The notes under the pieces were generated by a model that was not told the DNA's origin, did no database searches, and worked only from the letters and a program-made list of their open reading frames with translations. A stretch of 64,000 bases of DNA from the NCBI GenBank assembly GCA_963977015.1, contig CAXBMO010000014.1, forward strand, positions 32,001 to 96,000. Reading direction: 5' to 3'. Positions 26,312 to 34,213 of the stretch are shown in pieces (position 1 is the first letter of the stretch; each line of letters starts with the position of its first letter). The translations under genes were made by a program, and so were the position numbers. The stretch comes from an uncultured bacterium. GTDB taxonomy: Bacteria > Verrucomicrobiota > Verrucomicrobiia > Verrucomicrobiales > DEV007.

Positions 26312-26826
26312 TCTTCGTGTTTGTCGTAGCTCGGGGCTGCATCGTGCCGTTCCAATGGCACGGGTGATACGGCGCTGTGTTCGTGCAGACCTGCATCGAC
26401 CAGCCGGGCGGTCATCATTTCCCGGTAGCGTTTCGCGGACTCTGGATTCATCTCCTTGCTGACGTCGTAGATGTGTTTCAAGGTAGCCTTTCGGCAACGT
26501 TCCCGGAGGATCGTTGCCTCCTCGAGCGACGATTCGATTTCGGGCGTGATTTCTGTGCTTTCCCGAAGCAGTTGGAGCAGATGGCGATTACTTTTCTCCA
26601 AGGCGTCACAATATCCGAGGCATTCGACTTGATGGGCGGCATGGAGTTCGCGAATATTGGCGAAATTCTCTTCTTCAATGTGATATTCATGCCGGAGCCA
26701 TTGCAGTTCGGAGTATTCGCCGCGCGTCATCGCGGCAACCTCAGCATAAGAAGCGTTGAAAATCAGCCAATAGGCAAGCGCAGCCAGCATTGCAATAATG
26801 GTAAGGATGAAATATCCGCGCTTCAT
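26308..26826 (-). CDS. Periplasmic heavy-metal sensor (CnrX-like, Cys-containing variant)
   Basis: N-terminal TM; WLRHEY, CLGYC, RCRKATLKHIYDV; lies between anti-sigma and sigma. Confidence 0.7.
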   Translation of the reverse strand: MKRGYFILTIIAMLAALAYWLIFNASYAEVAAMTRGEYSELQWLRHEYHIEEENFANIRELHAAHQVECLGYCDALEKSNRHLLQLLRESTEITPEIESSLEEATILRERCRKATLKHIYDVSKEMNPESAKRYREMMTARLVDAGLHEHSAVSPVPLERHDAAPSYDKHEE

Positions 26827-27188
26827 CGCGAAACGGCTTTCAAATGGTTCGGCGCCAAGGGATCAATGGTAACAGCGTAGCGTTCGCCCAGTCGCTGCAA
26901 TGTATGATGGGAGGCGAGTTGGGAATGGATCTGAGCCGCGAAAGCTGTCAGCGTCAAAACCGCCAACGCGATCGACACGGCAACTCGAGGTCGGGCCATC
27001 TGTTCGCCTACAAACTCAAGCCACTTTCCCAAGCCTCGAACGTCGTCCTGCCGGGAGCTGATACGTTGCCAAACAGCGCGGTCAAAGTCCGGAGGAATCT
27101 TGGGTTCGATGTCCCAGGAATGGAGAAGCTCCTTGAGCTGGGAATCGTCTTCTTCTGTGGCATGGTTGTTTCTCGGCTTATTTTTCAT
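26823..27188 (-). CDS. Single-TM anti-sigma factor (CnrY-like position)
   Basis: LKELLHSW..PPDFDRAVWQRI followed by one TM helix; first gene of the ECF cassette. Confidence 0.7.
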   Translation of the reverse strand: MKNKPRNNHATEEDDSQLKELLHSWDIEPKIPPDFDRAVWQRISSRQDDVRGLGKWLEFVGEQMARPRVAVSIALAVLTLTAFAAQIHSQLASHHTLQRLGERYAVTIDPLAPNHLKAVSR

Positions 27189-27212
27189 GAAGTGGGGATT
27201 CTTCCCGAGTTC

Positions 27213-27237
27213 AACACCGGTGGAGCGGGATTCCCTC
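27213..27237 (-). promoter_or_regulatory. Putative ECF promoter GAGGG-N16-TGTT (autoregulatory, cassette 1)
   Basis: One mismatch; directly upstream of the anti-sigma gene. Confidence 0.62.
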
Positions 27238-27373
27238 AAGAATCGTGGACTTTTGAGGCGAAAAAGGGAATCAAATCTCGCAATTTTTGCAGAACTAGAA
27301 TTCCAACCGGTTGAGGAGGAAGTAGCCGGCCCTTTCTTGATCGGAGTCCAGCTAGCCGCAAAACAAAGCTTAA

Positions 27374-29110
27374 CTAAATAAAATAAGCCTTGGAGACATA
27401 TTGCTGAAGCATGCGCTGAGCGCTGAAAAACGAACCGTTCAGCGCAATGCAATGGCGCATCGTTTCAACATACCGGCCCCATTGGTTGTAAAAGAGTGGG
27501 ATAATCTCGTTTTCGAGCTTGTTGTAGAGAGAGTTAGCGTCATTCAGCCGGCGGTCGCCGGAACTCACCGGACTGCCAGGAAGCGAGCCAATCGCCCATC
27601 CGGTAACGCCTTCTACGCAGCCTTCAAGCCACCAGCCATCGAGCACGCTCAGGCTGGGCACCCCGTTCACGGCCGCCTTCATCCCGCTGGTGCCTGAAGC
27701 CTCCAGCGGTGGCTCCGGGGTATTGAGCCAGACATCGCAGCCGGCCACCAGCAGCTTGGCCAGTTCCATGTCGTAGTTTTCCAGGTAGGCAACCTCAATG
27801 TTTGGCGCGAGCTGAGTTCGGGCGTGAAAGATTCGGCGGATGATCTCTTTGCCCTCATTGTCCGCAGGGTGCGCCTTCCCCGCGAAGATGAGTTGGATGG
27901 GCCGGGTTGGGGAACTGAGTGCTCGCAACCGGTCGAGATCGTGGAAGATCAGGTCCCCTCGTTTGTAGGTTGCGGCACGGCGGGCGAAGCCAACAGTCAA
28001 CGCATCCACGTTCAGTTCCGAACCCTGGCTGCTGTTGACTCGGGCGATCAGATCATACTTGGCCACCGCATGGGCTCGCCAGACGGCTTGTGGAGGAATG
28101 ATGAGGGCATTTCGAAGGCTGTAGCTGTCTTCGCGCCACCCGGGTAGATAGCGGTCGAAGATTTCCTGAAACGGAGGGGCTGCCCAGGTGGCCGTGTGCA
28201 CGCCATTGGTGATCCAGTCGATCTGGTAGTTCAATTCGTCACGCTTGGGCTGCAGCATCGCGCGAGAAACTTCACCGTGTTTCTTGGCCACTCCGTTGAC
28301 GTAGTGACTGAGATTCAGGGCGAGGTAAGTCATGTTCAGGACGCCATCACAGCAGAACACCTCATGATTGTCGAAGATGTCGGCGCGTCCGAGCGCTCCC
28401 TGGGCAACGCTCAAAGGAAATTGATCGTGCCCGGCCGAGACTGGCGTGTGAGTGGTGAACACGCATTGCCGGCGAACGTGTTCCACGTCTTCGTGGTCGA
28501 ATGTCTTGCGGCCACGGGATTTCGCCGATTCGTCGAGCAATTCCAGCCCGATCAGCGCGGCATGGCCTTCGTTCATATGAAAGCGGGATACGTTGTTATA
28601 TCCCAAGGCGCGAAGCAGCCTGACGCCTCCGATGCCGAGGATCATTTCCTGCAGCAAGCGGTAGCGACCATTGCCGCCGTAGAGCTTGTCCGTCAGGCCT
28701 CGGTCGCCCTCGCAATTCTCGGATAGATTCGAATCAAGGAGATAGACCGGGACGATTGCGCCTTTGACTCCAGAGACATTGTATTTCCAGGCGCGAAGCA
28801 TGACCTCTCGCCCTTCGACAGAGAGTAATACGCGCTGCGGCAGTTTTTCCAAGTGCTCCTCAATCGGCCAATTGGCGTCGTGCTCGATCTGGTATCCTTC
28901 GGGGTTGAGTTCTTGTCGAAAATACCCGAGGCGATGAATCAACGAAACAGCCACCATGGGGACGCCGGAATCGGCTGCGGCACGGATCATGTCGCCAGCC
29001 AAAACTCCGAGGCCCCCGCTATAGGTCTTCATCGCCGGATGAAGGGCAATTTCCATGGAGAAATAGGCCACCACTGGCGAATCCGCATTTGAACTGGGTT
29101 CGCTGGCCAT
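27374..29110 (-). CDS. glgP: Alpha-glucan (glycogen/maltodextrin) phosphorylase
   Basis: AYFSME, YSGGLGVLAGD, HMNEGH, ITNGVH, GFARRAATYKR, EASGTSGMKA. Confidence 0.93.
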   Translation of the reverse strand: MASEPSSNADSPVVAYFSMEIALHPAMKTYSGGLGVLAGDMIRAAADSGVPMVAVSLIHRLGYFRQELNPEGYQIEHDANWPIEEHLEKLPQRVLLSVEGREVMLRAWKYNVSGVKGAIVPVYLLDSNLSENCEGDRGLTDKLYGGNGRYRLLQEMILGIGGVRLLRALGYNNVSRFHMNEGHAALIGLELLDESAKSRGRKTFDHEDVEHVRRQCVFTTHTPVSAGHDQFPLSVAQGALGRADIFDNHEVFCCDGVLNMTYLALNLSHYVNGVAKKHGEVSRAMLQPKRDELNYQIDWITNGVHTATWAAPPFQEIFDRYLPGWREDSYSLRNALIIPPQAVWRAHAVAKYDLIARVNSSQGSELNVDALTVGFARRAATYKRGDLIFHDLDRLRALSSPTRPIQLIFAGKAHPADNEGKEIIRRIFHARTQLAPNIEVAYLENYDMELAKLLVAGCDVWLNTPEPPLEASGTSGMKAAVNGVPSLSVLDGWWLEGCVEGVTGWAIGSLPGSPVSSGDRRLNDANSLYNKLENEIIPLFYNQWGRYVETMRHCIALNGSFFSAQRMLQQYVSKAYFI

Positions 29111-29112
29111 GA

Positions 29113-30354
29113 CTAAAGATAGGGGCAGTGAAGTCCGAAGGTTTGATACAACTCATGCGGCACCGGAAGAAGGATCGCCAGCAAAAGCGCAAACGTCGCG
29201 TAACCCAGAATCCTGCGCGGCAGGCCAACGGGCGTGATGTCGTTGGCCGGCGGAACGTCACGAGTTCCGGCGATCCAGAACACGATGATGGCCCACATGA
29301 GCAATCCCGGCCAAATGAAGAATGCCAAGAGGAAAATTCCCACCAGGGAAGCAACGCCGATCGCGTGTGCTTTGGCTGGGCCAAAGAGCGCATGAGCCAA
29401 ATGGCCGCCATCCAGTTGCCCGATCGGGAGCAGGTTCAGCGCGGTAACCAGCAAGCCAAGCCAACCCGCGAACGCCAATGGATGCAACGCTATTTGATGG
29501 CCTTCCAACAACTCGCTTCCCAGTGCAAGCTTCGAGAGCAGGGCCATGAGGAGAGACGAGCCTACATTCACACCTCCCCCGTGCATCCAGTTGGTTGGTG
29601 CGCCGCTGGTGATGAGTTCCGAGTGGCGCAGTCCGATCAACAAGGCGGGAATCGCGAAAACCAGTCCAGCGAGTGGCCCGGCAACGGCGACATCGAACAG
29701 AGCACGCCGATTTGGGCTGAGTGATTTGAGCTTGATGAACGCACCAAAGGTTCCCAGGGCGAAGGGAACGGGAATGAAGAAAGGAGGCGTGACCCTGAGA
29801 CCGTGCTTTCGAGCGGTGAAATAGTGTCCCAACTCGTGGGCACCCAAAACGAGAAGCAATCCCAGACTGTAGGGAAGCCCCTGGAGGACGGAAGCGGGAT
29901 TCTCGATCGGGTTGACTCCCGCATGCCAGGCTCCGGTCCACGTGGTGGTGCCTAACGTGAGCACCAGAAGCAGCCCATGCACCCACCATCGTGGATGCTC
30001 CGTTCTCGTCTTCGGAATACCGGGAAGCAGCAAAACGCGGACCCGGCCATCCTCGGCCTCCTGAAGCATCGGCGTAAACTCTTGATCGGAAAAAGCATCG
30101 TTCAGCTTGCTCTGCGCTTCTTCGGCATTGGCTTTCAGCTTGCCTTCAAAGCTCAAGACGTCGTTGTCGAACCGGTGGCCAGAGATTGCGAGAACCTCAG
30201 AAACCTTGTCCTGATGCAAACCGATATCATCGGGTAACGGCGGCGGAGACGATTCCGCAGAGACCGTTTGATGGCACTGTGAGGCGGAACCAAAGAGAAA
30301 TCCAATCCACAGAAACAGGAAAATGAGCAGCAACAAAAAGAAGATGGACATCAT
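29113..30354 (-). CDS. Site-2 protease (peptidase M50)
   Basis: HELGH, AGPLAG, NLLPIGQLDGGH. Confidence 0.9.
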   Translation of the reverse strand: MMSIFFLLLLIFLFLWIGFLFGSASQCHQTVSAESSPPPLPDDIGLHQDKVSEVLAISGHRFDNDVLSFEGKLKANAEEAQSKLNDAFSDQEFTPMLQEAEDGRVRVLLLPGIPKTRTEHPRWWVHGLLLVLTLGTTTWTGAWHAGVNPIENPASVLQGLPYSLGLLLVLGAHELGHYFTARKHGLRVTPPFFIPVPFALGTFGAFIKLKSLSPNRRALFDVAVAGPLAGLVFAIPALLIGLRHSELITSGAPTNWMHGGGVNVGSSLLMALLSKLALGSELLEGHQIALHPLAFAGWLGLLVTALNLLPIGQLDGGHLAHALFGPAKAHAIGVASLVGIFLLAFFIWPGLLMWAIIVFWIAGTRDVPPANDITPVGLPRRILGYATFALLLAILLPVPHELYQTFGLHCPYL

Positions 30355-30361
30355 GGCGGAA

Positions 30362-30667
30362 CTAGGATTTTCCGGTTTGGATTTTGAGGCAGCAATTGTA
30401 GACCGAAGCAATGATGACGCCCGCGAGCCAACCGAGGACGAATGTTGAAATCATGCCCAGAAAGGCTTCCAGAAAGGGAACGTTTTGGCGCAGCACCGGC
30501 TCGACATCGAGGCCGTGAAGCAGACTGTTGAAGAAAACGACCGCTTTCTCATGCGGAACCGTGGCCATCGTGATGATGCAGCCGAGATAGAAGAGCAAGG
30601 CGGTGGCCCCAATACCAAAACCGAATCGGTAGGTCGAGAGGGATGGAGTGTTTGGGCTAACGCTCAT
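30362..30667 (-). CDS. Small membrane protein (DUF5676-like)
   Basis: LFYLGC...FFNSLLHGLD...GWLAG...YN. Confidence 0.6.
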   Translation of the reverse strand: MSVSPNTPSLSTYRFGFGIGATALLFYLGCIITMATVPHEKAVVFFNSLLHGLDVEPVLRQNVPFLEAFLGMISTFVLGWLAGVIIASVYNCCLKIQTGKS

Positions 30668-30872
30668 GATGGGTTGTTGATTTGGATTGATGCTGCTCCC
30701 CGTGAAGCAGCAGCATGTGAAGGAGATGAAAGCCGAAAACCAGAAGGAGAAATCCGGTGACCGCGGCAGTGTTCCCCAGCCCGGCAAGCGGCAATAGGAA
30801 CAGGATGAGAAAGGGCAGGATGCAGCACAGAGCCATCCTGATGAGGTCTTTGTGAGAGGGCGACAAAGGCAT
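30657..30872 (-). CDS. Small Cys/His membrane protein (DUF2933-like)
   Basis: MALCCILP followed by TM helices and HLLHMLLLH. Confidence 0.55.
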   Translation of the reverse strand: MPLSPSHKDLIRMALCCILPFLILFLLPLAGLGNTAAVTGFLLLVFGFHLLHMLLLHGEQHQSKSTTHHER

Positions 30873-30918
30873 GGCGTGGGTTTGTTGGTTGGGAGGCTTT
30901 CACGCCTCTACCTACATC

Positions 30919-30943
30919 AACGCCAGAGCGGCGATTCCCCCTC
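30919..30943 (-). promoter_or_regulatory. Putative ECF promoter GAGGG-N16-CGTT (membrane proteins-S2P-glgP operon)
   Basis: Exact motif. Confidence 0.68.
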
Positions 30944-30981
30944 AGAATTTGTCAGTGCAGCGCCGAATTGTCACAACAACC

Positions 30982-31668
30982 TTAATTCGTCAGCAACAAA
31001 CGCAGCTTTTGCTTGGCGTGGTAAACCCGCATTTCCACCGTCTTGAGGCTGCAACCGAGCATTTCGGCGACTTCAGCATGGGAATACCCCTCGAGGTTAG
31101 ACAACACCAGCGCGGTTTTCAAATCGTTAGGCAATTTTTCGATCGCCTGGTGCAAGAGGGCGGTTTCCTCGTTGCGAGCCGCGGCTTCAGCGGGCGTAGG
31201 TGCTTCACCTTCGGTGTTGGCAATCACATCCATACTGTCCTCACTCGTTTCCACGGCGAAGTCTCCGGGGCGGCGCTTGCGTTTCCGCCCGTGGTCGCGG
31301 CAGAGATTGGCGGCGATGGTGAAAAGCCAGGTTCGCAGCTTCGCCTTAGGCTGATAGCGGGCTCGATTCCGATAGGCCTTGATGAAAGTTTGGCTCAGCA
31401 AATCCGCCGCCTCGCTCTCGTCTCGAATCTGCCGGTAGATGAAGCGATGCAAGGGCACTTTGTGTTGGCGAATCATTGCCTCCAGGGCAGATTCGTCGCC
31501 CGACTTGAACGCAACGACCAACTCCGCTTCATCTTCGGCGAAGACGGATTCGCTTTTTTTCTCCTCGGGGATGCCAACCGGCAACCACTGGTCCAATACC
31601 CGTTCGATCTGCCGAAAGGCGTCCGCTGGGGTGGGCAACTCAGACCCGAAAACTTGAGCATGACTCAT
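30982..31668 (-). CDS. ECF sigma factor (intact tandem paralogue)
   Basis: DLLSQTFIKAY, TWLFTIAANL, YSHAEVAEMLGCSLKTVEMRVYHAK. Confidence 0.9.
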   Translation of the reverse strand: MSHAQVFGSELPTPADAFRQIERVLDQWLPVGIPEEKKSESVFAEDEAELVVAFKSGDESALEAMIRQHKVPLHRFIYRQIRDESEAADLLSQTFIKAYRNRARYQPKAKLRTWLFTIAANLCRDHGRKRKRRPGDFAVETSEDSMDVIANTEGEAPTPAEAAARNEETALLHQAIEKLPNDLKTALVLSNLEGYSHAEVAEMLGCSLKTVEMRVYHAKQKLRLLLTN

Positions 31669-31765
31669 GAATAATCCTTTCTACTTTGTTGGCCCAAAGT
31701 GGAATCCGATTAACCCAGAATCCACGCATCGGTTGCCCTTAACTCGGCACCGGTTGACGTGAATT

Positions 31766-32370
31766 TCAGCGTTGCGGAAATTGCTGGCTTTTCAACGCTG
31801 TTCTCAGCTTCTTTTTTGCGCGGTAAACCCTCATTTCCACCGTCTTGCTGCTGCAACCCAGCATCTCGGCCGCGGCTGCATGGGAGTGCCCTTTCCTGCG
31901 AGGTGAGAAACAGAGCCGTCTTCAGGTCGTGCAGGAAGCTGCTGAATCGCTTTGCGCAAAAGTGCGGCTTCTTCGTTCTGAGCTGCCTTTTCTCCAGGAG
32001 AGGGTTCTCCGGTTTCCGCGTTGTCGACGATTTCCATGCTGGCTTCGCTCGTTGCGGACGCAAAATCGCCGGGTCGCCGTTTGCGTTTGCGCGCATGGTC
32101 GCGGCACAGGTTGGTGGCAATCGTAAACAACCAGGTCTGAAACTTCGCCTTCGGCTGGTATCTCTCCCGATTCCGGTAGGCGCGGATGAAGGTTTCGGAC
32201 GTTAGATCAGCCGCCTCCGATGCATCGCCAACATAGCGCATGATGAATCGGTAGAGCGGTTCCTTGTGTCGCGAAACGATCGTTTCGAGGGAAGTTTCGC
32301 CGCCCTCTTTGAACTGCCCGATGAGCGATAGTTCCTCCTCCGGAAGCATGAGCGATTGCGTTTTGCGCAA
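31766..32370 (-). pseudogene. ECF sigma factor with two +1 frameshifts in region 4
   Basis: Removing one base near 31932 and one near 31892 restores QQLPHDLKTALFLTSQEGHSHAAAAEMLGCSSKTVEMRVYRAKKKLR, colinear with the neighbouring sigma. Confidence 0.85.
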
Positions 32371-32376
32371 GGGAAT

Positions 32377-32832
32377 TTAGAAATCACTCAATGCGTCGCC
32401 AGCCAAGTCGAGAAGCTTCTGATACTGCTCAACGGTAAGAACCGTTTTCATTTCGACCAAATGCTCGATCGTGGCCTTTTGGAGTGCGGCCTGCGCATGG
32501 TGAATTTCCTCAATAATGGCTTCGACTCTTGGCGTGTAGGTTTGGTCCTCTTTGAGAGCGACAGTCAGTTTTGCATTCGCAGCCAGAATCGCATCGCGAA
32601 GCTCACGTTCTCTCGACTCAAAACGGGTTTCCATGTCCTTGAGCTGCTCGTGTTGCTCGTGCGTGATTCCCAGTTGATGATGCAGCCAATCGTGAGGATC
32701 GTGTCCGCTTGCGCCGTGATGGCCTCCCATGAAAAACTTGAGGGCCAGCGTGCAGCCAACAGCGCAGCCAAGCAGCGCAGCCACAAAAACGCCAAAGAAA
32801 ACGACAACCGGATTTTTGAAATTGAGCTTCAT
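32377..32832 (-). CDS. CnrX/NccX-like periplasmic metal sensor
   Basis: HDWLH...E..F...AANAKL...LQKATIEHLVEM keeps the His/His/Glu/His/Met ligand pattern of CnrX. Confidence 0.85.
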   Translation of the reverse strand: MKLNFKNPVVVFFGVFVAALLGCAVGCTLALKFFMGGHHGASGHDPHDWLHHQLGITHEQHEQLKDMETRFESRERELRDAILAANAKLTVALKEDQTYTPRVEAIIEEIHHAQAALQKATIEHLVEMKTVLTVEQYQKLLDLAGDALSDF

Positions 32833-32844
32833 CGAATGCGCATT

Positions 32845-33159
32845 CTAAGGATGAGGCAATCCGAGAGGATTCGAGCCAAATACGTCCAGCGCAAAAAGCT
32901 GGCGCATGTGTTCGTTGGATTGAGCTTTGGAATGGATGGCGGTTACCGAACCAATCATCAAACCAAGCCCAACGGCGATGACGACAACGGCGAGCCCAAA
33001 CTGCGGCAAGCTGAACCAGCCGGGCCAAATGAAGCCAGGTTGCTCCGGTTCGGCGGTTCGCACGGCGCGCAACACACGGCTTTCCAGATTCCCGGGAGCG
33101 GCAGGGATGGATTCTTCCCGAATTTCAGCAAGCAACTTGTCTAGGCGTTCTTCGTCCAT
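32845..33159 (-). CDS. Single-TM anti-sigma factor (CnrY-like)
   Basis: LDKLL...APGNLESRVLRAVR, one TM helix, LDVF tail. Confidence 0.72.
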   Translation of the reverse strand: MDEERLDKLLAEIREESIPAAPGNLESRVLRAVRTAEPEQPGFIWPGWFSLPQFGLAVVVIAVGLGLMIGSVTAIHSKAQSNEHMRQLFALDVFGSNPLGLPHP

Positions 33160-33203
33160 TTTTGGGGAGAGGATTGAGTTTGGGGATGCTCATCGTCTCC
33201 TTA

Positions 33204-33228
33204 AACGCCGGAGCGTGGCACATCCCTC
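33204..33228 (-). promoter_or_regulatory. Putative ECF promoter GAGGG-N16-CGTT (autoregulatory, cassette 2)
   Basis: Exact motif. Confidence 0.68.
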
Positions 33229-33315
33229 AAGGAGTATGGCCCGGATTCGCCTTGCTTCAATCGCCTTCTTTTTGCAGGCAACCTTCGTCGTGAAAGCAGC
33301 AGTTCACCTCAACGG

Positions 33316-34163
33316 TTACGTGAACCAGTCTCCATTCGGAAGAAAGGAGGTTTTTGTAGTGCTTTGGGGGCGGGGATGGTGGGTAGCCACTCCAATTTCC
33401 GCGGCATGAATTCCGGGTCCTATGGACCACACATGCAAATCGACGATTCGATTGTCTGCGTCATCTTCGATGCGTTCTTTGATCGTGCCGCGAATTGGTT
33501 CCGGGGCTTGGGCATCGAGAAGAACCGAGCCGTGCTCTTCAAAAGGCCAATCGACCATTTGGTGATCAGAATCGCACCAATGATGCCCATGAGCGGGGCC
33601 ATCCAAATGGCCCCGAAGTATTTCGGCAGCCAAAAGGGCAACAATTGCAAGCTCTGAGGTTAGCGCGCCTGCAATCCATGCAGGTAGGCGGCACGCGGAT
33701 TGTGGTCATGGCCTTCGTGTTCATGATCGTGTCCGTGACCGAGAACCAAAGCGGAAGCCGCATTCACAACGAGTCCAACGACCGCGACGAGGATGGCTTG
33801 ATTGAAAGCAATATCTACGGAGAACAACATGCGTTCCACACTTTCCCATGCCATGATCATCGCGAAGACTCCAAGCAAACGGCGCCGGTAAATCCCCCCC
33901 AACGCATTCACCTTTCCCATACCGAAGCTGAATCGCTGGTCGTGGGCAAGACGCCTGGCAAAGATGTAAGCGAAGGCTGAAATTCCCAGAGCGACGGCGT
34001 GTGACGCCATGTGCAGTCCATCAGCCAGGAGAGCCATGGAACCAAAAAGAATCCCGGTGGCGATTTCCACCACCATCATGTGGTTGTAATGTCGATTACA
34101 ATTAGCGTGCATGCCTCGCCGGATCGCTTTCTGTCCTGACCGAAGCTGTGCTCGTGTCGCCAA
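33316..34163 (-). pseudogene. dmeF: CDF-family Co/Ni efflux transporter (DmeF-like), multiply frameshifted
   Basis: MVVEI..G..FGSMALLADGLHMASHA, HN.RAAYLH, KYFGAIWM.PLMG and DLHVWSIGPG are spread across frames. Confidence 0.8.
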
Positions 34164-34213
34164 TCATCAAGGTTTTCAAAGTGCATCGCGTATCGTAGTT
34201 GGTTCGGAAGCAA

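Noticed and set aside
31712-31740. Possible ECF motif upstream of the intact sigma (AAGGG...GGTT)
   Set aside because: Both boxes mismatch and the spacer is 20 bp.
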